Source: Planctomycetota bacterium (lineage in GTDB: Bacteria > Planctomycetota > MHYJ01 > JACQXL01 > JACRIJ01). From it: a stretch of 64,000 nucleotides of DNA. The translations under genes and the position numbers were made by a program. Where the stretch lies: assembly GCA_016220095.1 (NCBI GenBank), contig JACRIJ010000111.1, positions 27,748 through 91,747 on the forward strand, read 5' to 3'. The notes below the pieces were generated by a model. The model ran no database searches, was not told where the DNA came from, and saw nothing but the letters and a program-made list of their open reading frames with translations. Positions 1-9,765 of the stretch are shown one piece after another. Position 1 is the first letter of the stretch. Each line of letters begins with the position of its first letter.

Positions 1-269
1 TACAGAATAAGATAGAAATCATTTCCCCGCGCGACATGAGCGCTTTTGCCCTGATTAAAGGCATCACGCAGGAAACGCAGGGAATAGCATTAAAGGCGCG
101 GAAAGGCGGGTCGGGAAACACGAAGGTATACTGGTTCATTGACGGCGGATTTTACAAAGAGGCCGGTATACACGAAGACGTATTGTGGAAACCCACCATA
201 GGCGGGCACAGAATCAGTTGCGCGGACGAAACCGGATCCAGCGCCGCGGTTAATGTGGAAGTGGAATGA
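1..269 (+). CDS. 3' end of a CDS entering from upstream of the window; C-terminal domain resembles the PBP1C C-terminal (BiPBP_C) domain
   Basis: The frame is open from nt 3 with no stop before the track ORF 36..269; motif KVYWFIDGG...ISCADETG. No start codon is present in the window. Confidence 0.35.
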   Translation, partial: QNKIEIISPRDMSAFALIKGITQETQGIALKARKGGSGNTKVYWFIDGGFYKEAGIHEDVLWKPTIGGHRISCADETGSSAAVNVEVE

Positions 270-325
270 TTTCGTCCTTCGTATCCTGGTGTCTTCGTGG
301 CAGAAAATCGCCGCCGTTTCACACC
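269..325 (+). repeat. repeat family D copy D1
   Basis: atttcgtccttcgtatcctggtgtcttcgtggcagaaaatcgccgccgtttcacacc. Confidence 0.5.
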
Positions 326-333
326 ATTTAAAT

Positions 334-360
334 TGACATTTCGTGCGTTTCTTATAGAAT
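334..360 (+). promoter_or_regulatory. sigma70-like promoter TTGACA-N15-TAGAAT abutting the dus ATG (leaderless candidate)
   Basis: TTGACA at 334-339 and TATAGAAT at 353-360; ATG at 367, 6 nt after the -10 element. Confidence 0.4.
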
Positions 361-366
361 ACCGGC

Positions 367-1341
367 ATGTTGAAAATCGGTTCGGTTGAAATACAATCAA
401 ATATAGTTACCGCCCCGCTGTCAGGATGCTCGGACCTACCCTTCCGCATGATCTGCCGGGAATTGGGCGCGCGTTTCTGCTTTTTTGAAATGGTGGATGC
501 CGTTTCGCTCACGCGTAAACACATCAAGACCATTGAAATGCTTAAAACCATCCCCGAAGATTCGCCTATCGCCGCTCAACTCCTGGGCAAAGATCCTGAT
601 ATGATGCTCAACGGCGCTCAATTGATTCTTGAACACGCTAAACCAGTGCTTATTGACATCAATAGCGGATGCCCCGTAAGAAAAGTGGTAAACAGGGGCG
701 CGGGCGCTAAACTTCTTGAAAGCCCGGCCGTTCTTGTAAGTATCGTAAAAAAACTGGCTTCAGCCCTGCCTGTGCCCGTTACCGTTAAAATGCGCATCGG
801 TTATGACCAGAAATATTCCCTTGATGATACGCTGGACCTCGCAAAAGCCTGCGAAGACAGCGGCGCAGCAGCACTGTTCGTGCACGGACGTCTGGCTTCG
901 CAGAAATATTCCGGCGAAGTGAACTACGCGGCAATTAAAGCGGTTAAAAATGCCGTAAAGATTCCGGTCATCGGCTCCGGAAATATCCTGAATCCCACGC
1001 TTGCTGAAAAAATGCTGGCCGAAACCGGCTGTGACGGCGTATTGGCCGCGCGCGGCGCCCTCGGTAATCCATGGATATTCCGCGAAATAGAACATTTCTT
1101 GAAAACCGGCGTATTAATGGAAAAACCCTCCCTGTCGGAAAGGAAAACCGACCTGCTAAGGCACCTGCTGTACATTAAAACCCATAAAACCCCGAGGCGC
1201 TCCGGACACATGGGCTTGATGCGCAAGGTGGCATTATGGTACGTAACCGGTTTCCCAAACGCCGCATCCGTGCGCGGCAATATAACTAAAACCAGAAAAT
1301 ACGAAGAATTGGCTGAATTGATTGAACGAATTGGCGAATGA
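367..1341 (+). CDS. dus: tRNA-dihydrouridine synthase (DusB-like)
   Basis: 324 aa; Dus family motifs (APLSGCSDLPFRMICRELGA, TVKMRIGYD, conserved Cys in NSGCP). Confidence 0.85.
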   Translation: MLKIGSVEIQSNIVTAPLSGCSDLPFRMICRELGARFCFFEMVDAVSLTRKHIKTIEMLKTIPEDSPIAAQLLGKDPDMMLNGAQLILEHAKPVLIDINSGCPVRKVVNRGAGAKLLESPAVLVSIVKKLASALPVPVTVKMRIGYDQKYSLDDTLDLAKACEDSGAAALFVHGRLASQKYSGEVNYAAIKAVKNAVKIPVIGSGNILNPTLAEKMLAETGCDGVLAARGALGNPWIFREIEHFLKTGVLMEKPSLSERKTDLLRHLLYIKTHKTPRRSGHMGLMRKVALWYVTGFPNAASVRGNITKTRKYEELAELIERIGE

Positions 1342-1850
1342 AACAGTGGATTGAATGGAATATTTTTTAACAACAGATTAAACCGATTAAACGGATACGA
1401 AAAAGGAAAAGGGGGAAGGCGCGAAGTCACGAAGAACGACCACACCTATTAGCCGCAGCCCTTCGGTTCCTTCAGGATAAAAGAACACAGAGGACACGGA
1501 GTTATAAGACTACGCCGCTTCGCCATTGCCAAAAAAGCCGCATCGTTACTCCTCTTAGAAATCAGGGATCCGTTGTCCAAGACTTGATTGCTATTTGACC
1601 GTGCTTAGCGCGTTTAACGGCCTTTGCCCGCAAAGAACGATAAGCGACGCAAAAACAGAATACCAAGAATAACGTACACAGTGCTTGTGTTTATTTGTGT
1701 TCATTCGTGGCTGATAATCCGCTAAAATCTTCTGTGTTTTTTACCTGCCTGCGCGCACTTGCGTGCCGAAGCACTTCAGTGCGTAGGCACGAAGCCGATG
1801 CTTCGCTTCGGCAGAGGCAGGCGCGAAAGTATATTGGTTAGAAACTAATA

Positions 1851-1879
1851 TTGACTTCATACTTCATTTATGTTATATT
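1851..1879 (+). promoter_or_regulatory. sigma70 promoter TTGACT-N17-TATATT, 6 nt upstream of the ATG at 1886 (leaderless candidate)
   Basis: Consensus hexamers read directly from the sequence. Confidence 0.5.
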
Positions 1880-1885
1880 GCCGCC

Positions 1886-3823
1886 ATGAAATGGGCTTTA
1901 ATGTGCATGGTATTATGGACACTATCGGAATTTCAGGCCGTTTCCTTCGCGCAAAATAACACGGCCGATACCCCCGCCATTCCAATGGAAAAACAGCTTG
2001 GCGACATCATAAAACGGCTTGATTCCGAAGATTGGGCGGAACGTGAAAAGGCAAGCGATGATCTGCGTGAATTGCGCCAGAATAATAGCACACCTGTCAT
2101 GAAAATGCTCCGTGAATACCTGCCGCATCTGCCCGCAGAGGCAAAAGCCCGTGTCACCGCTGAAATGAATCTCGCCGTTGAAGCCGCTAAGATCAGGGAA
2201 TCTCTCGCCGTTTTTAACCTTATCATGCCGGAATTTGATATTAACAATTTCGTTATATACAATACAGGCTATTTTGAAAATTCAGCTTTCAGATATGAAT
2301 ATGTCTGGATAATAAAAGAAAATGAAAATACATTAACGTTTCTTACAACAGACATGGAAACGTCGAACTTTCCCAAATTGGTAATTTCAAGTCTTGTTAA
2401 TAGTCCGGACTACATCCATCCGGCCGACAAACCGCTCCCCGGGCAATATATCAAGACAAGTTTTCCCGAATTCGCAAAAGAAATCCTTTCTAATGCCGTA
2501 CAAAACGATTTGCAGGGTTATTCGTTTATTTTCGGAAACTGCATACAAATGTCAATGTTTGCATATTGGTCTATGCTGGCAAACGAGGAAAACACGGCCA
2601 TAAAATTTTTTGAACTTGCAAATAAATCACGTATTGCTGCAAATAACTCCGAAAGTTTTGAAGACTTATTGAACGCGTATGGAGCGATCTGCCTCAAAAT
2701 ACAAGCATTACGAGACGCATCAAACGGCGTACTGCGCGAAACTCTTGTCAAAAAATGGAATGTTATCAACAAACTGACCGGCTCTCAGGAAAGCGCAGAA
2801 ATGGTCTCTCTGTATAACCAGCTCATCGCGGAAGATGCTGAATGGATTGAACCGGAATTTCTTATGGCCTTGAACCCGGAAAAACAAGCTGAATATTGGC
2901 TGTTTAAACTTCGTGACTGCGGCAAAAGCCAATACCTGCCGAATTCCTTTCTTGACACATCTTATATTGCTGAAACGAAAGAACTGCCGGAGGAACTCCC
3001 GGCCGGCGACCCGGTTTATGAATTGCTTAAGCTGGGATGGCACGCGGTCCCATTACTCATTGACCATTTTGAAGATGAACGGCCGACAAGGCAAATAGCA
3101 AAACTTCTTTATAGAAGACTTCCTGTTCCTTCCGATTTTCTTCAGTCCGAAAACAATGAATTTCTTCTTAGTTATGCCGATTGTTGTCACATAATTTTTG
3201 AAAAAATACGGGGCAATGTCGGTCCTTTTCAGTTTATGAAAAACGGTTTCGCACAATCCTGCAAGTCATCCGCGGCAGAATGGTGGAAAAAGAACAAAAC
3301 TACAGCTCCTGCCGCATATTACCTTGGATTACTTCTGGATAAATCATCAAATTGCAATATTGGCATGTTAATAGACGGCATTCTGCGGACAGACAAAGAC
3401 AAATATCTGCCTGAATTAATGAAAATAGTACTGCGGAATGACGAGCTGAATTTCAGAAAAGATATATTCCTGCAGGCAATGGCCCCATACCTGACAAAAG
3501 AACATGTTGATTTCCTTAAACAAGCCCTGCAAAAAGAATTTGTTCCGGTTGTGATAGAAGCTTCACGGATTCTCTGGCTTAAGTTCGGATATGATGACGG
3601 CGTAAAAATTATCACGGCAAAAATGCTTGAAGAAGCCGGCGGCGGGCAACAGCTGTGGACATATTATTTCAATACAAAACCGGCCTTTGAATTGCTTGGA
3701 ATGACCAATAAAGTTTACGTACTTGACGCGCTTGCCGTCCTGTCAAGAAACAAAGATACGGCCATTCGCGATTTTGCAACACGGGCGCTTTCTGAATTCC
3801 CTGCCAAAAAATCAACTGATTAG
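1886..3823 (+). CDS. hypothetical secreted protein (645 aa)
   Basis: N-terminal signal peptide (MKWALMCMVLWTLSEFQAVSFAQ); no recognised catalytic motif. Confidence 0.5.
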   Translation: MKWALMCMVLWTLSEFQAVSFAQNNTADTPAIPMEKQLGDIIKRLDSEDWAEREKASDDLRELRQNNSTPVMKMLREYLPHLPAEAKARVTAEMNLAVEAAKIRESLAVFNLIMPEFDINNFVIYNTGYFENSAFRYEYVWIIKENENTLTFLTTDMETSNFPKLVISSLVNSPDYIHPADKPLPGQYIKTSFPEFAKEILSNAVQNDLQGYSFIFGNCIQMSMFAYWSMLANEENTAIKFFELANKSRIAANNSESFEDLLNAYGAICLKIQALRDASNGVLRETLVKKWNVINKLTGSQESAEMVSLYNQLIAEDAEWIEPEFLMALNPEKQAEYWLFKLRDCGKSQYLPNSFLDTSYIAETKELPEELPAGDPVYELLKLGWHAVPLLIDHFEDERPTRQIAKLLYRRLPVPSDFLQSENNEFLLSYADCCHIIFEKIRGNVGPFQFMKNGFAQSCKSSAAEWWKKNKTTAPAAYYLGLLLDKSSNCNIGMLIDGILRTDKDKYLPELMKIVLRNDELNFRKDIFLQAMAPYLTKEHVDFLKQALQKEFVPVVIEASRILWLKFGYDDGVKIITAKMLEEAGGGQQLWTYYFNTKPAFELLGMTNKVYVLDALAVLSRNKDTAIRDFATRALSEFPAKKSTD

Positions 3824-3876
3824 TATCTTATAGAAACTTCACAACTGACCCTCGCATTTCCCTTTCTTTCTTCTTG

Positions 3877-3905
3877 TTGACAACTTATCAGCATTTTGTT
3901 ATATT
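3877..3905 (+). promoter_or_regulatory. sigma70 promoter TTGACA-N17-TATATT upstream of the megasensor gene
   Basis: Hexamers seen in sequence; about 55 nt leader containing a 6-codon uORF (ATGGGGCAAATTTTAATATAA). Confidence 0.45.
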
Positions 3906-3960
3906 GGAATTATTCCAATAGAACAGAAAGTATTTATGGGGCAAATTTTAATATAAATCC

Positions 3961-6900
3961 ATGAAAACAGATTCTCGAAAAGCCGACAAACGGTTCCACA
4001 TCGTCGCAATGGGCGGTTCGGCGGACAGCCTTGACGCATTTAAGAGATTTTTCGCCGCTCTGCCGGCTTCAACAGGGATGGCTTTTGTCGTAATAACGCA
4101 TTTAGACCCGACACGAAAAAGCCACATGCCGGAACTGTTCAAAAACGTCACCAAAATGCGGGCAGTCCATGTCAAAGACGGCATGCCTGTATCCCCAAAT
4201 AAAATTTTTGTAATCCCTCCTAACAGGAACATGTCAATTCTCAAGGGAAAATTCAAATTGTCCGCCCCCTTATTGGTCCGGGGATTGAGGCTTCCTATTG
4301 ATTTTTTCCTTCAGAGCCTCGCAAAGGAACAGAAAGAACTCTGCGCGGGCATAATATTTTCAGGCATGGGAGAAGACGGCACCGCCGGATTGAAAGCCAT
4401 AAAAGAAAACGGCGGAATTGTTATGGCCCAGGACCCGGATTCGGCCCCCTACAACAGCATGCCCCTCAGCGCCATAGAAACCGGCCTGGTTGATTGCACG
4501 GCCCTGCCGGAAGAATTGCCGTTGAAACTGCTTGAATACGTAAAACAATCTCCCGACACATCCCTGGAAAAATCGGCCTTTCCCGAATTTCCGCCCGGCG
4601 CATTGCAAAAAATTTACGCATTTTTACAGGCAGAAACCGGCCATGATTTTTCGTCTTACAAGAAAAGCACCTTTTGCCGCCGTGTCCAGAGAAGAATAGG
4701 CGCAAGCCAGACTGGCGGGATAGCCGGATATCTAAAATTCCTGAAAAAAAATCCGCAGGAAACCAATACGCTTTTCAATGAACTACTGATAGGCGTAACC
4801 AGTTTTTTCAGGGATCCGGCATCATTCGCAGTCATGAAGGATTTGATACTGCGCATGCTGAAAAAAAATACGGCAAAAAACGAACTTCGCATCTGGATTC
4901 CAGGATGTTCAACAGGCGAAGAAGCGTACTCCATGGCAATAGTAATAAAGGAATGCCTTGACGAGTTGAAACGTCCGTCCCTTCTAAAAATACAACTGTA
5001 CGCCACGGACATCAGCCAGAACGCCATCAATATAGCCAGGCAGGGGAAATACGGCCCCGACATCGCTTCCGGCATTACGCCGGAACGGCTGAAGAAATTT
5101 TTCATAAAAAACGGCCTTGGATATGCGATAAACGGCCCTATAAGGGATATGATTATCTTCGCCGAACACAACATAATCAAGGATCCGCCGTTTATTAATC
5201 TTGATATCCTGTGCTGCAGGAACCTTTTCATTTACTTTAACGCGGATTTGCATAAGAAACTTCTGCCGCTGTTCCATTACGCCCTGAATCCGGGCGGCGT
5301 ATTGTTCCTGGGCGCCTCTGAAAGTATCGGTACATACTCCAATCTTTTTGAAACCCTGGACAATAAGTGGAAAATTTTCAGGCGTACGGGCTCTTTTTCG
5401 GACCGCGCCGTTTCATCCGCCGTTTATTCAGCGCCGCTTTCCAGAAAAGATTCCGAAACGGGAAATTCTAAAAAATCAAACGCCGCGCAGGGCAACGGTA
5501 ATTTTAACCATGTACGAAATATATGCAAAACGGGCTTCATCCCGGAAACCGTCAACCTGGACCTCGTACAAAAAACATTGCTTGAAGAATTCGCCAGTCC
5601 GGCCGTGCTTATCACGCCTTCCGGCGACATTATTTATGTAAACGGCCGAACCGGCAAATACCTCGAACCGCCCGTGGGCAAGGCAACCATGAACATCTTC
5701 GCCATGGCCCGTGAAGGATTGCGCGCCGGACTGAACAGCGCCGTACGAAAAGCCGACACGACGAAAAAAGCGGTTGTCATCCGAAATCTGAAGGTTAAAA
5801 CAAACGGCGCTTTTCAAAAGATAGCCTTGACCGTAAAACCGTTCAAAGAATCGCAGGATATGCGCGGCTTGCTGCTCGTCATATTTGCGGAAGAAACCGG
5901 CATCAAGACCGTAACGCCGAAAAAATCTAAAACCGGCAAACACCCGAAAAGAACCAATGTGGTTGAACAATTGAAAAATGAACTCGCCTTCGCAAACGAA
6001 CACCTTCAGCTTTTCAAGGAGGAAATGGATGCGTCTCAAAAGGACCTCGGCGCCTCCAACGAAGAACTCCAGGCGATGAACGAAGAATTGCAATGCACGA
6101 ACGAGGAACTGACCACGTCAAAAGAAGAATTGCTGTCCCTGAACGAAGAACTCGCGACCGTCAACGCGGAAGTGCAGGCGAAAAACGAAGAACTGCGCGA
6201 CGCCCTCCATGAAACCAAAAAAACAAAAGAACAGCAGAGGTTTGAAATACAATTGCTGGAACTTCTCGGCAAATCCAACGAAAAATCCAATTCCATCCGC
6301 GTCATTCTCAACATGTTGAAAGAACATACCGGCTTTGACGCAATCGGCATACGCCTTAAGGAAAATAATGATTTCCCGTATTTTGAAACTGCCGGATTTT
6401 CAAAAGACTTTATTGAATCCGAAAAATTTTTATGTTCATACGATGAAAAGGGCAGGATCGTATCCGACCGCGAAGGAAACCCGATTCTTGAATGCATGTG
6501 CGGAACAGTCATTTCCGGAAAAGCGGATCCGGCAAAAACTTTTTTCACGAAAAACGGAAGTTTCTGGACTAACAGCACAACAAAACTTCTCTCTGCAACC
6601 ACGGAAAAGGACCGCAACACCAGTACCCGCAACCGTTGCAATAAGGAGGGATATGAATCCGTAGCCCTCATACCCCTGCGTTCTGAAGACAGGATTATCG
6701 GCCTTCTGCAGTTGAATGACCGCAGGAAAAACATGTTTGCCAAAGGCATGATAAAGTTCTTTGAAGAAATCGGCGCCGCAATAGGAATAGCATTCGCGCG
6801 AATGCAACAGGAAAAAAGGCGCCTGGAACTGGAACAAATGCTTTTCCAGTCGCAGAAGATGGAGTCCATGGGCATATTGGCCGGCGGAATCGCCCATGAC

Positions 6901-7983
6901 TTTAACAACATACTGCTCACCATATCCGGATTCGCCGAGTTGACGCAACTCAGCCTGACAAGCGGAAAATATTCGCAGGAAGAAATCAATAAGAATATCA
7001 GGACTATCCTTTCCGCCACTGAGATGGCTAAAAATTTCATATCGCAATTGCTCGGATTCGCGCGCAAAGGCGCGTACAGCATTCAAAACATTGATTTAAA
7101 TCCTGTCATAAAGGAATCCGTTTCCCTCCTTGAAAAAGGCCTTGCATCTTCAGTACAATATGATTTTATCCTTACGCTTGATGCCGTAAAACACATAAAT
7201 GCCGATATCACGCAGATATGCCAAATTATACAAAACACGGTAATAAACGCCCGCGACTCAATGCCTCACGGCGGAAAAATAACGCTGTCAACCGAGGATG
7301 TCATGCTTGAAAACGAACAAATCGGAAAATTCAACACCATCCCGGCCGGAAAATACGTTAAATTTTCCGTAGCCGACGAAGGAACCGGCATCAGCGATGA
7401 CATTATTCAGAAAATTTTTGACCCGTTTTTCACCACCAAATCGAAAAATAAAGGCACCGGCATGGGATTGGCGGTCGTTTACGGCATCCTGAAAAACCAT
7501 AACGGATGTATAGACGTTAAAACGGCCGTCGGAAAGGGCTCAACGTTCACGATGTATTTCCCGGCCGTGGAAACCGCGGTTCAAAAGGCAGATATCAAAA
7601 ATATAGTACCGTTAAGCGGAACCGGCAGAATACTTTTTGTTGATGACGAAGAAAACATAAGAACCCTTATGGCTATCGCCCTGACAAATATGGGGTACGA
7701 AGTTACAACGGCATCTACAATTCCCGAGGCATTTGAGCTGTACAAAAACAACAGTTTTTCTCTTGTAATAACCGATCTTATATTGAAGGGTGAAAACGGC
7801 GCAGACCTTTTCCGCATGGTCAGAAACTTTGATAAAAATGCCAGAATATGCATTATGAGCGGTTACAGCGACGACAAAACCGTACAGGACCTCTTGAAGT
7901 CCGGAGCCGCGGGCTTCATAACCAAGCCGATAGCAATGGTGGAATTGAGTAAAATAATCAAGTCTGTTATAGAAAAGGTTTAG
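3961..7983 (+). CDS. CheB methylesterase-CheR methyltransferase fusion hybrid sensor histidine kinase (CheB-CheR-PAS-coiled coil-GAF-HisKA-HATPase-REC)
   Basis: 1340 aa. N-terminus has CheB catalytic motifs (MGGSADSLDA, ITHLDP, SGMGEDGTAGL...AQDPDS). CheR SAM-MTase follows (FFRDPASF, IWIPGCSTGEEAYSMAI). Then NEEL heptad repeats, a GAF domain, H-box IAHDFNNIL, G-boxes DEGTGI and GTGMGLAVV, and a C-terminal receiver (ILFVDDEEN...VITDL). Confidence 0.85.
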   Translation: MKTDSRKADKRFHIVAMGGSADSLDAFKRFFAALPASTGMAFVVITHLDPTRKSHMPELFKNVTKMRAVHVKDGMPVSPNKIFVIPPNRNMSILKGKFKLSAPLLVRGLRLPIDFFLQSLAKEQKELCAGIIFSGMGEDGTAGLKAIKENGGIVMAQDPDSAPYNSMPLSAIETGLVDCTALPEELPLKLLEYVKQSPDTSLEKSAFPEFPPGALQKIYAFLQAETGHDFSSYKKSTFCRRVQRRIGASQTGGIAGYLKFLKKNPQETNTLFNELLIGVTSFFRDPASFAVMKDLILRMLKKNTAKNELRIWIPGCSTGEEAYSMAIVIKECLDELKRPSLLKIQLYATDISQNAINIARQGKYGPDIASGITPERLKKFFIKNGLGYAINGPIRDMIIFAEHNIIKDPPFINLDILCCRNLFIYFNADLHKKLLPLFHYALNPGGVLFLGASESIGTYSNLFETLDNKWKIFRRTGSFSDRAVSSAVYSAPLSRKDSETGNSKKSNAAQGNGNFNHVRNICKTGFIPETVNLDLVQKTLLEEFASPAVLITPSGDIIYVNGRTGKYLEPPVGKATMNIFAMAREGLRAGLNSAVRKADTTKKAVVIRNLKVKTNGAFQKIALTVKPFKESQDMRGLLLVIFAEETGIKTVTPKKSKTGKHPKRTNVVEQLKNELAFANEHLQLFKEEMDASQKDLGASNEELQAMNEELQCTNEELTTSKEELLSLNEELATVNAEVQAKNEELRDALHETKKTKEQQRFEIQLLELLGKSNEKSNSIRVILNMLKEHTGFDAIGIRLKENNDFPYFETAGFSKDFIESEKFLCSYDEKGRIVSDREGNPILECMCGTVISGKADPAKTFFTKNGSFWTNSTTKLLSATTEKDRNTSTRNRCNKEGYESVALIPLRSEDRIIGLLQLNDRRKNMFAKGMIKFFEEIGAAIGIAFARMQQEKRRLELEQMLFQSQKMESMGILAGGIAHDFNNILLTISGFAELTQLSLTSGKYSQEEINKNIRTILSATEMAKNFISQLLGFARKGAYSIQNIDLNPVIKESVSLLEKGLASSVQYDFILTLDAVKHINADITQICQIIQNTVINARDSMPHGGKITLSTEDVMLENEQIGKFNTIPAGKYVKFSVADEGTGISDDIIQKIFDPFFTTKSKNKGTGMGLAVVYGILKNHNGCIDVKTAVGKGSTFTMYFPAVETAVQKADIKNIVPLSGTGRILFVDDEENIRTLMAIALTNMGYEVTTASTIPEAFELYKNNSFSLVITDLILKGENGADLFRMVRNFDKNARICIMSGYSDDKTVQDLLKSGAAGFITKPIAMVELSKIIKSVIEKV

Positions 7984-8102
7984 TGTCTTATTTCTTGAAT
8001 TTCACATAAACAGCATAGAAATTTAAGAATTAAGATTTTTTTAGAATACACAGGGGAAATCTGAAACCTTACATTTTTTTGAAATAAATCCTTCGCAATA
8101 AA

Positions 8103-8130
8103 TTGACTTTACCATTAATTTTGTTATAAT
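8103..8130 (+). promoter_or_regulatory. sigma70 promoter TTGACT-N16-TATAAT upstream of purH
   Basis: Hexamers seen in sequence. Confidence 0.5.
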
Positions 8131-8183
8131 TATTTGCTCTCAATATACGGAAGCGAGAATTTTTACAAGGGGATAGGCTTTTT

Positions 8184-9752
8184 ATGAACAAAATTCAGCG
8201 CGTTATCGCAAGCGTCACGGATAAAACCGGCCTGCCGGAATTCGCCAAAGAATTGGCGAAATTCAACCTGGAAATTATTTCCACCGGCGGCACGGCCAAA
8301 CTGCTCAGGGAGAGCGGCCTGAAAATAACCGAGGTATCGGATTATACCGGCTTCCCGGAAATGCTTGACGGCAGGATTAAAACACTGCATCCGCGCGTCT
8401 CCGGCGGCATCCTCGGCATCCGCTCAAATCCCGACCACATCATCCAGATGCAAAATCACAACATTCTGCCCATAGATATGGTCATCGTCAACCTCTACAG
8501 GTTTGAGGAAACCGTCGCTAAACCCGGCGTTACCCTTGACGAAGCCATAGAAAACATAGATATAGGCGGACCTTCCATGATTCGCGCCGCGGCTAAAAAC
8601 CATAAGTTCGTCACCGTAGTCACGTCCCCTTCCCAATACGCGTCCGTCATTGAAGAACTCAAAAAGAACAGCGGCCAGATATCAGAGGAATTCAACCTTA
8701 AATTTGCCAAACAGGCGTTCAAACTGACTTCTACTTATGATACGGCTATTGTGAATTACCTTTTCGGGCTTGACGCGCAGGACAAATTTCCGGAAACCCT
8801 TAATATACAATTGGCTAAATCCCGCGGCCTGCGCTACGGCGAAAACCCGCACCAGAAAGCGGCGTTTTATTCGCCTGTTGATATGGGCAACTTCAACCTC
8901 GCGCGCGCGGAAATAGTTTCCGAAGGCAAGGAATTGTCTTATAATAATATTCTGGATTTGGACGCTGCCATTGAAATCGCGCGGGAATTTGACAAGCCGG
9001 CCTGCATTATAATAAAACATAACAATCCATGCGGCGCAGGCTGTGCGGACAAACTGTCTGAGGCATTCGGCAAGGCGCTTTCGGGCGATCCCGTATCCGC
9101 TTTCGGCAGTGTTATAGCCGTTAATAAAACCCTTGACGCCGAAACCGCGGAACTCATGGCCGGTCCGGACAAATTCATAGAAGCCCTCGCGGCGCCGGAC
9201 TTCCAGCCAACCGCCATAGAAATACTTACCAAAAAACCCAAATGGGGCAAGAGCCTACGCCTCGTTAAAATCGGTCCGTTTGAAAAAAACGCCAAACCGC
9301 GCTATGAATTGCGCTCCGCGGGCGGCGGCGTCCTCTACCAGGCCAAAAACGATTACCTTTATGAGCCGGAAAAACTTCATACCGCCACAGTTGAACCAAC
9401 TGAAAAACAAAGACAAGATTTGTTATTCGCGTGGAAGATATGCAAACATGTAAAGTCCAACGCCATAGTGCTCGCAAAAGATGAAACTATTGTCGGCACT
9501 GGCGCCGGCCAGATGTCCCGGGTGGATTCGTCATGGATAGCAGTGCGCAAAGCCGGCGCCCGCGCAAAAGGCGCCGTACTCGCTTCAGACGCCTTCTTCC
9601 CGTTCAAGGACGCCCTGGAGGTGGCTCTGAATGCCGGTATTACGGCGGCCATCCAGCCCGGCGGTTCCGCAAGGGACGCGGAAGTCATCGCCCTCGCGAA
9701 AGAACACAATATTCCCATGCTTATTACGGGCATGAGGCACTTTAAACATTAG
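8184..9752 (+). CDS. purH: bifunctional AICAR transformylase / IMP cyclohydrolase
   Basis: 522 aa; N-terminal MGS-like IMPCH (ASVTDKTGL...STGGTAKLL) and C-terminal AICARFT domain. Confidence 0.9.
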   Translation: MNKIQRVIASVTDKTGLPEFAKELAKFNLEIISTGGTAKLLRESGLKITEVSDYTGFPEMLDGRIKTLHPRVSGGILGIRSNPDHIIQMQNHNILPIDMVIVNLYRFEETVAKPGVTLDEAIENIDIGGPSMIRAAAKNHKFVTVVTSPSQYASVIEELKKNSGQISEEFNLKFAKQAFKLTSTYDTAIVNYLFGLDAQDKFPETLNIQLAKSRGLRYGENPHQKAAFYSPVDMGNFNLARAEIVSEGKELSYNNILDLDAAIEIAREFDKPACIIIKHNNPCGAGCADKLSEAFGKALSGDPVSAFGSVIAVNKTLDAETAELMAGPDKFIEALAAPDFQPTAIEILTKKPKWGKSLRLVKIGPFEKNAKPRYELRSAGGGVLYQAKNDYLYEPEKLHTATVEPTEKQRQDLLFAWKICKHVKSNAIVLAKDETIVGTGAGQMSRVDSSWIAVRKAGARAKGAVLASDAFFPFKDALEVALNAGITAAIQPGGSARDAEVIALAKEHNIPMLITGMRHFKH

Positions 9753-9765
9753 GAGTTCTGTTTTT

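Noticed and set aside
36-269. Treating 36..269 as a complete 77-aa gene
   Set aside because: The frame is open from the window edge; it is the C-terminal end of a longer upstream CDS.
4360-7500. Minus-strand ORFs within the megasensor gene (e.g. 6036..7082, 348 aa)
   Set aside because: They are antisense to a strongly supported 1340-aa multidomain CDS; no RBS or motif support.
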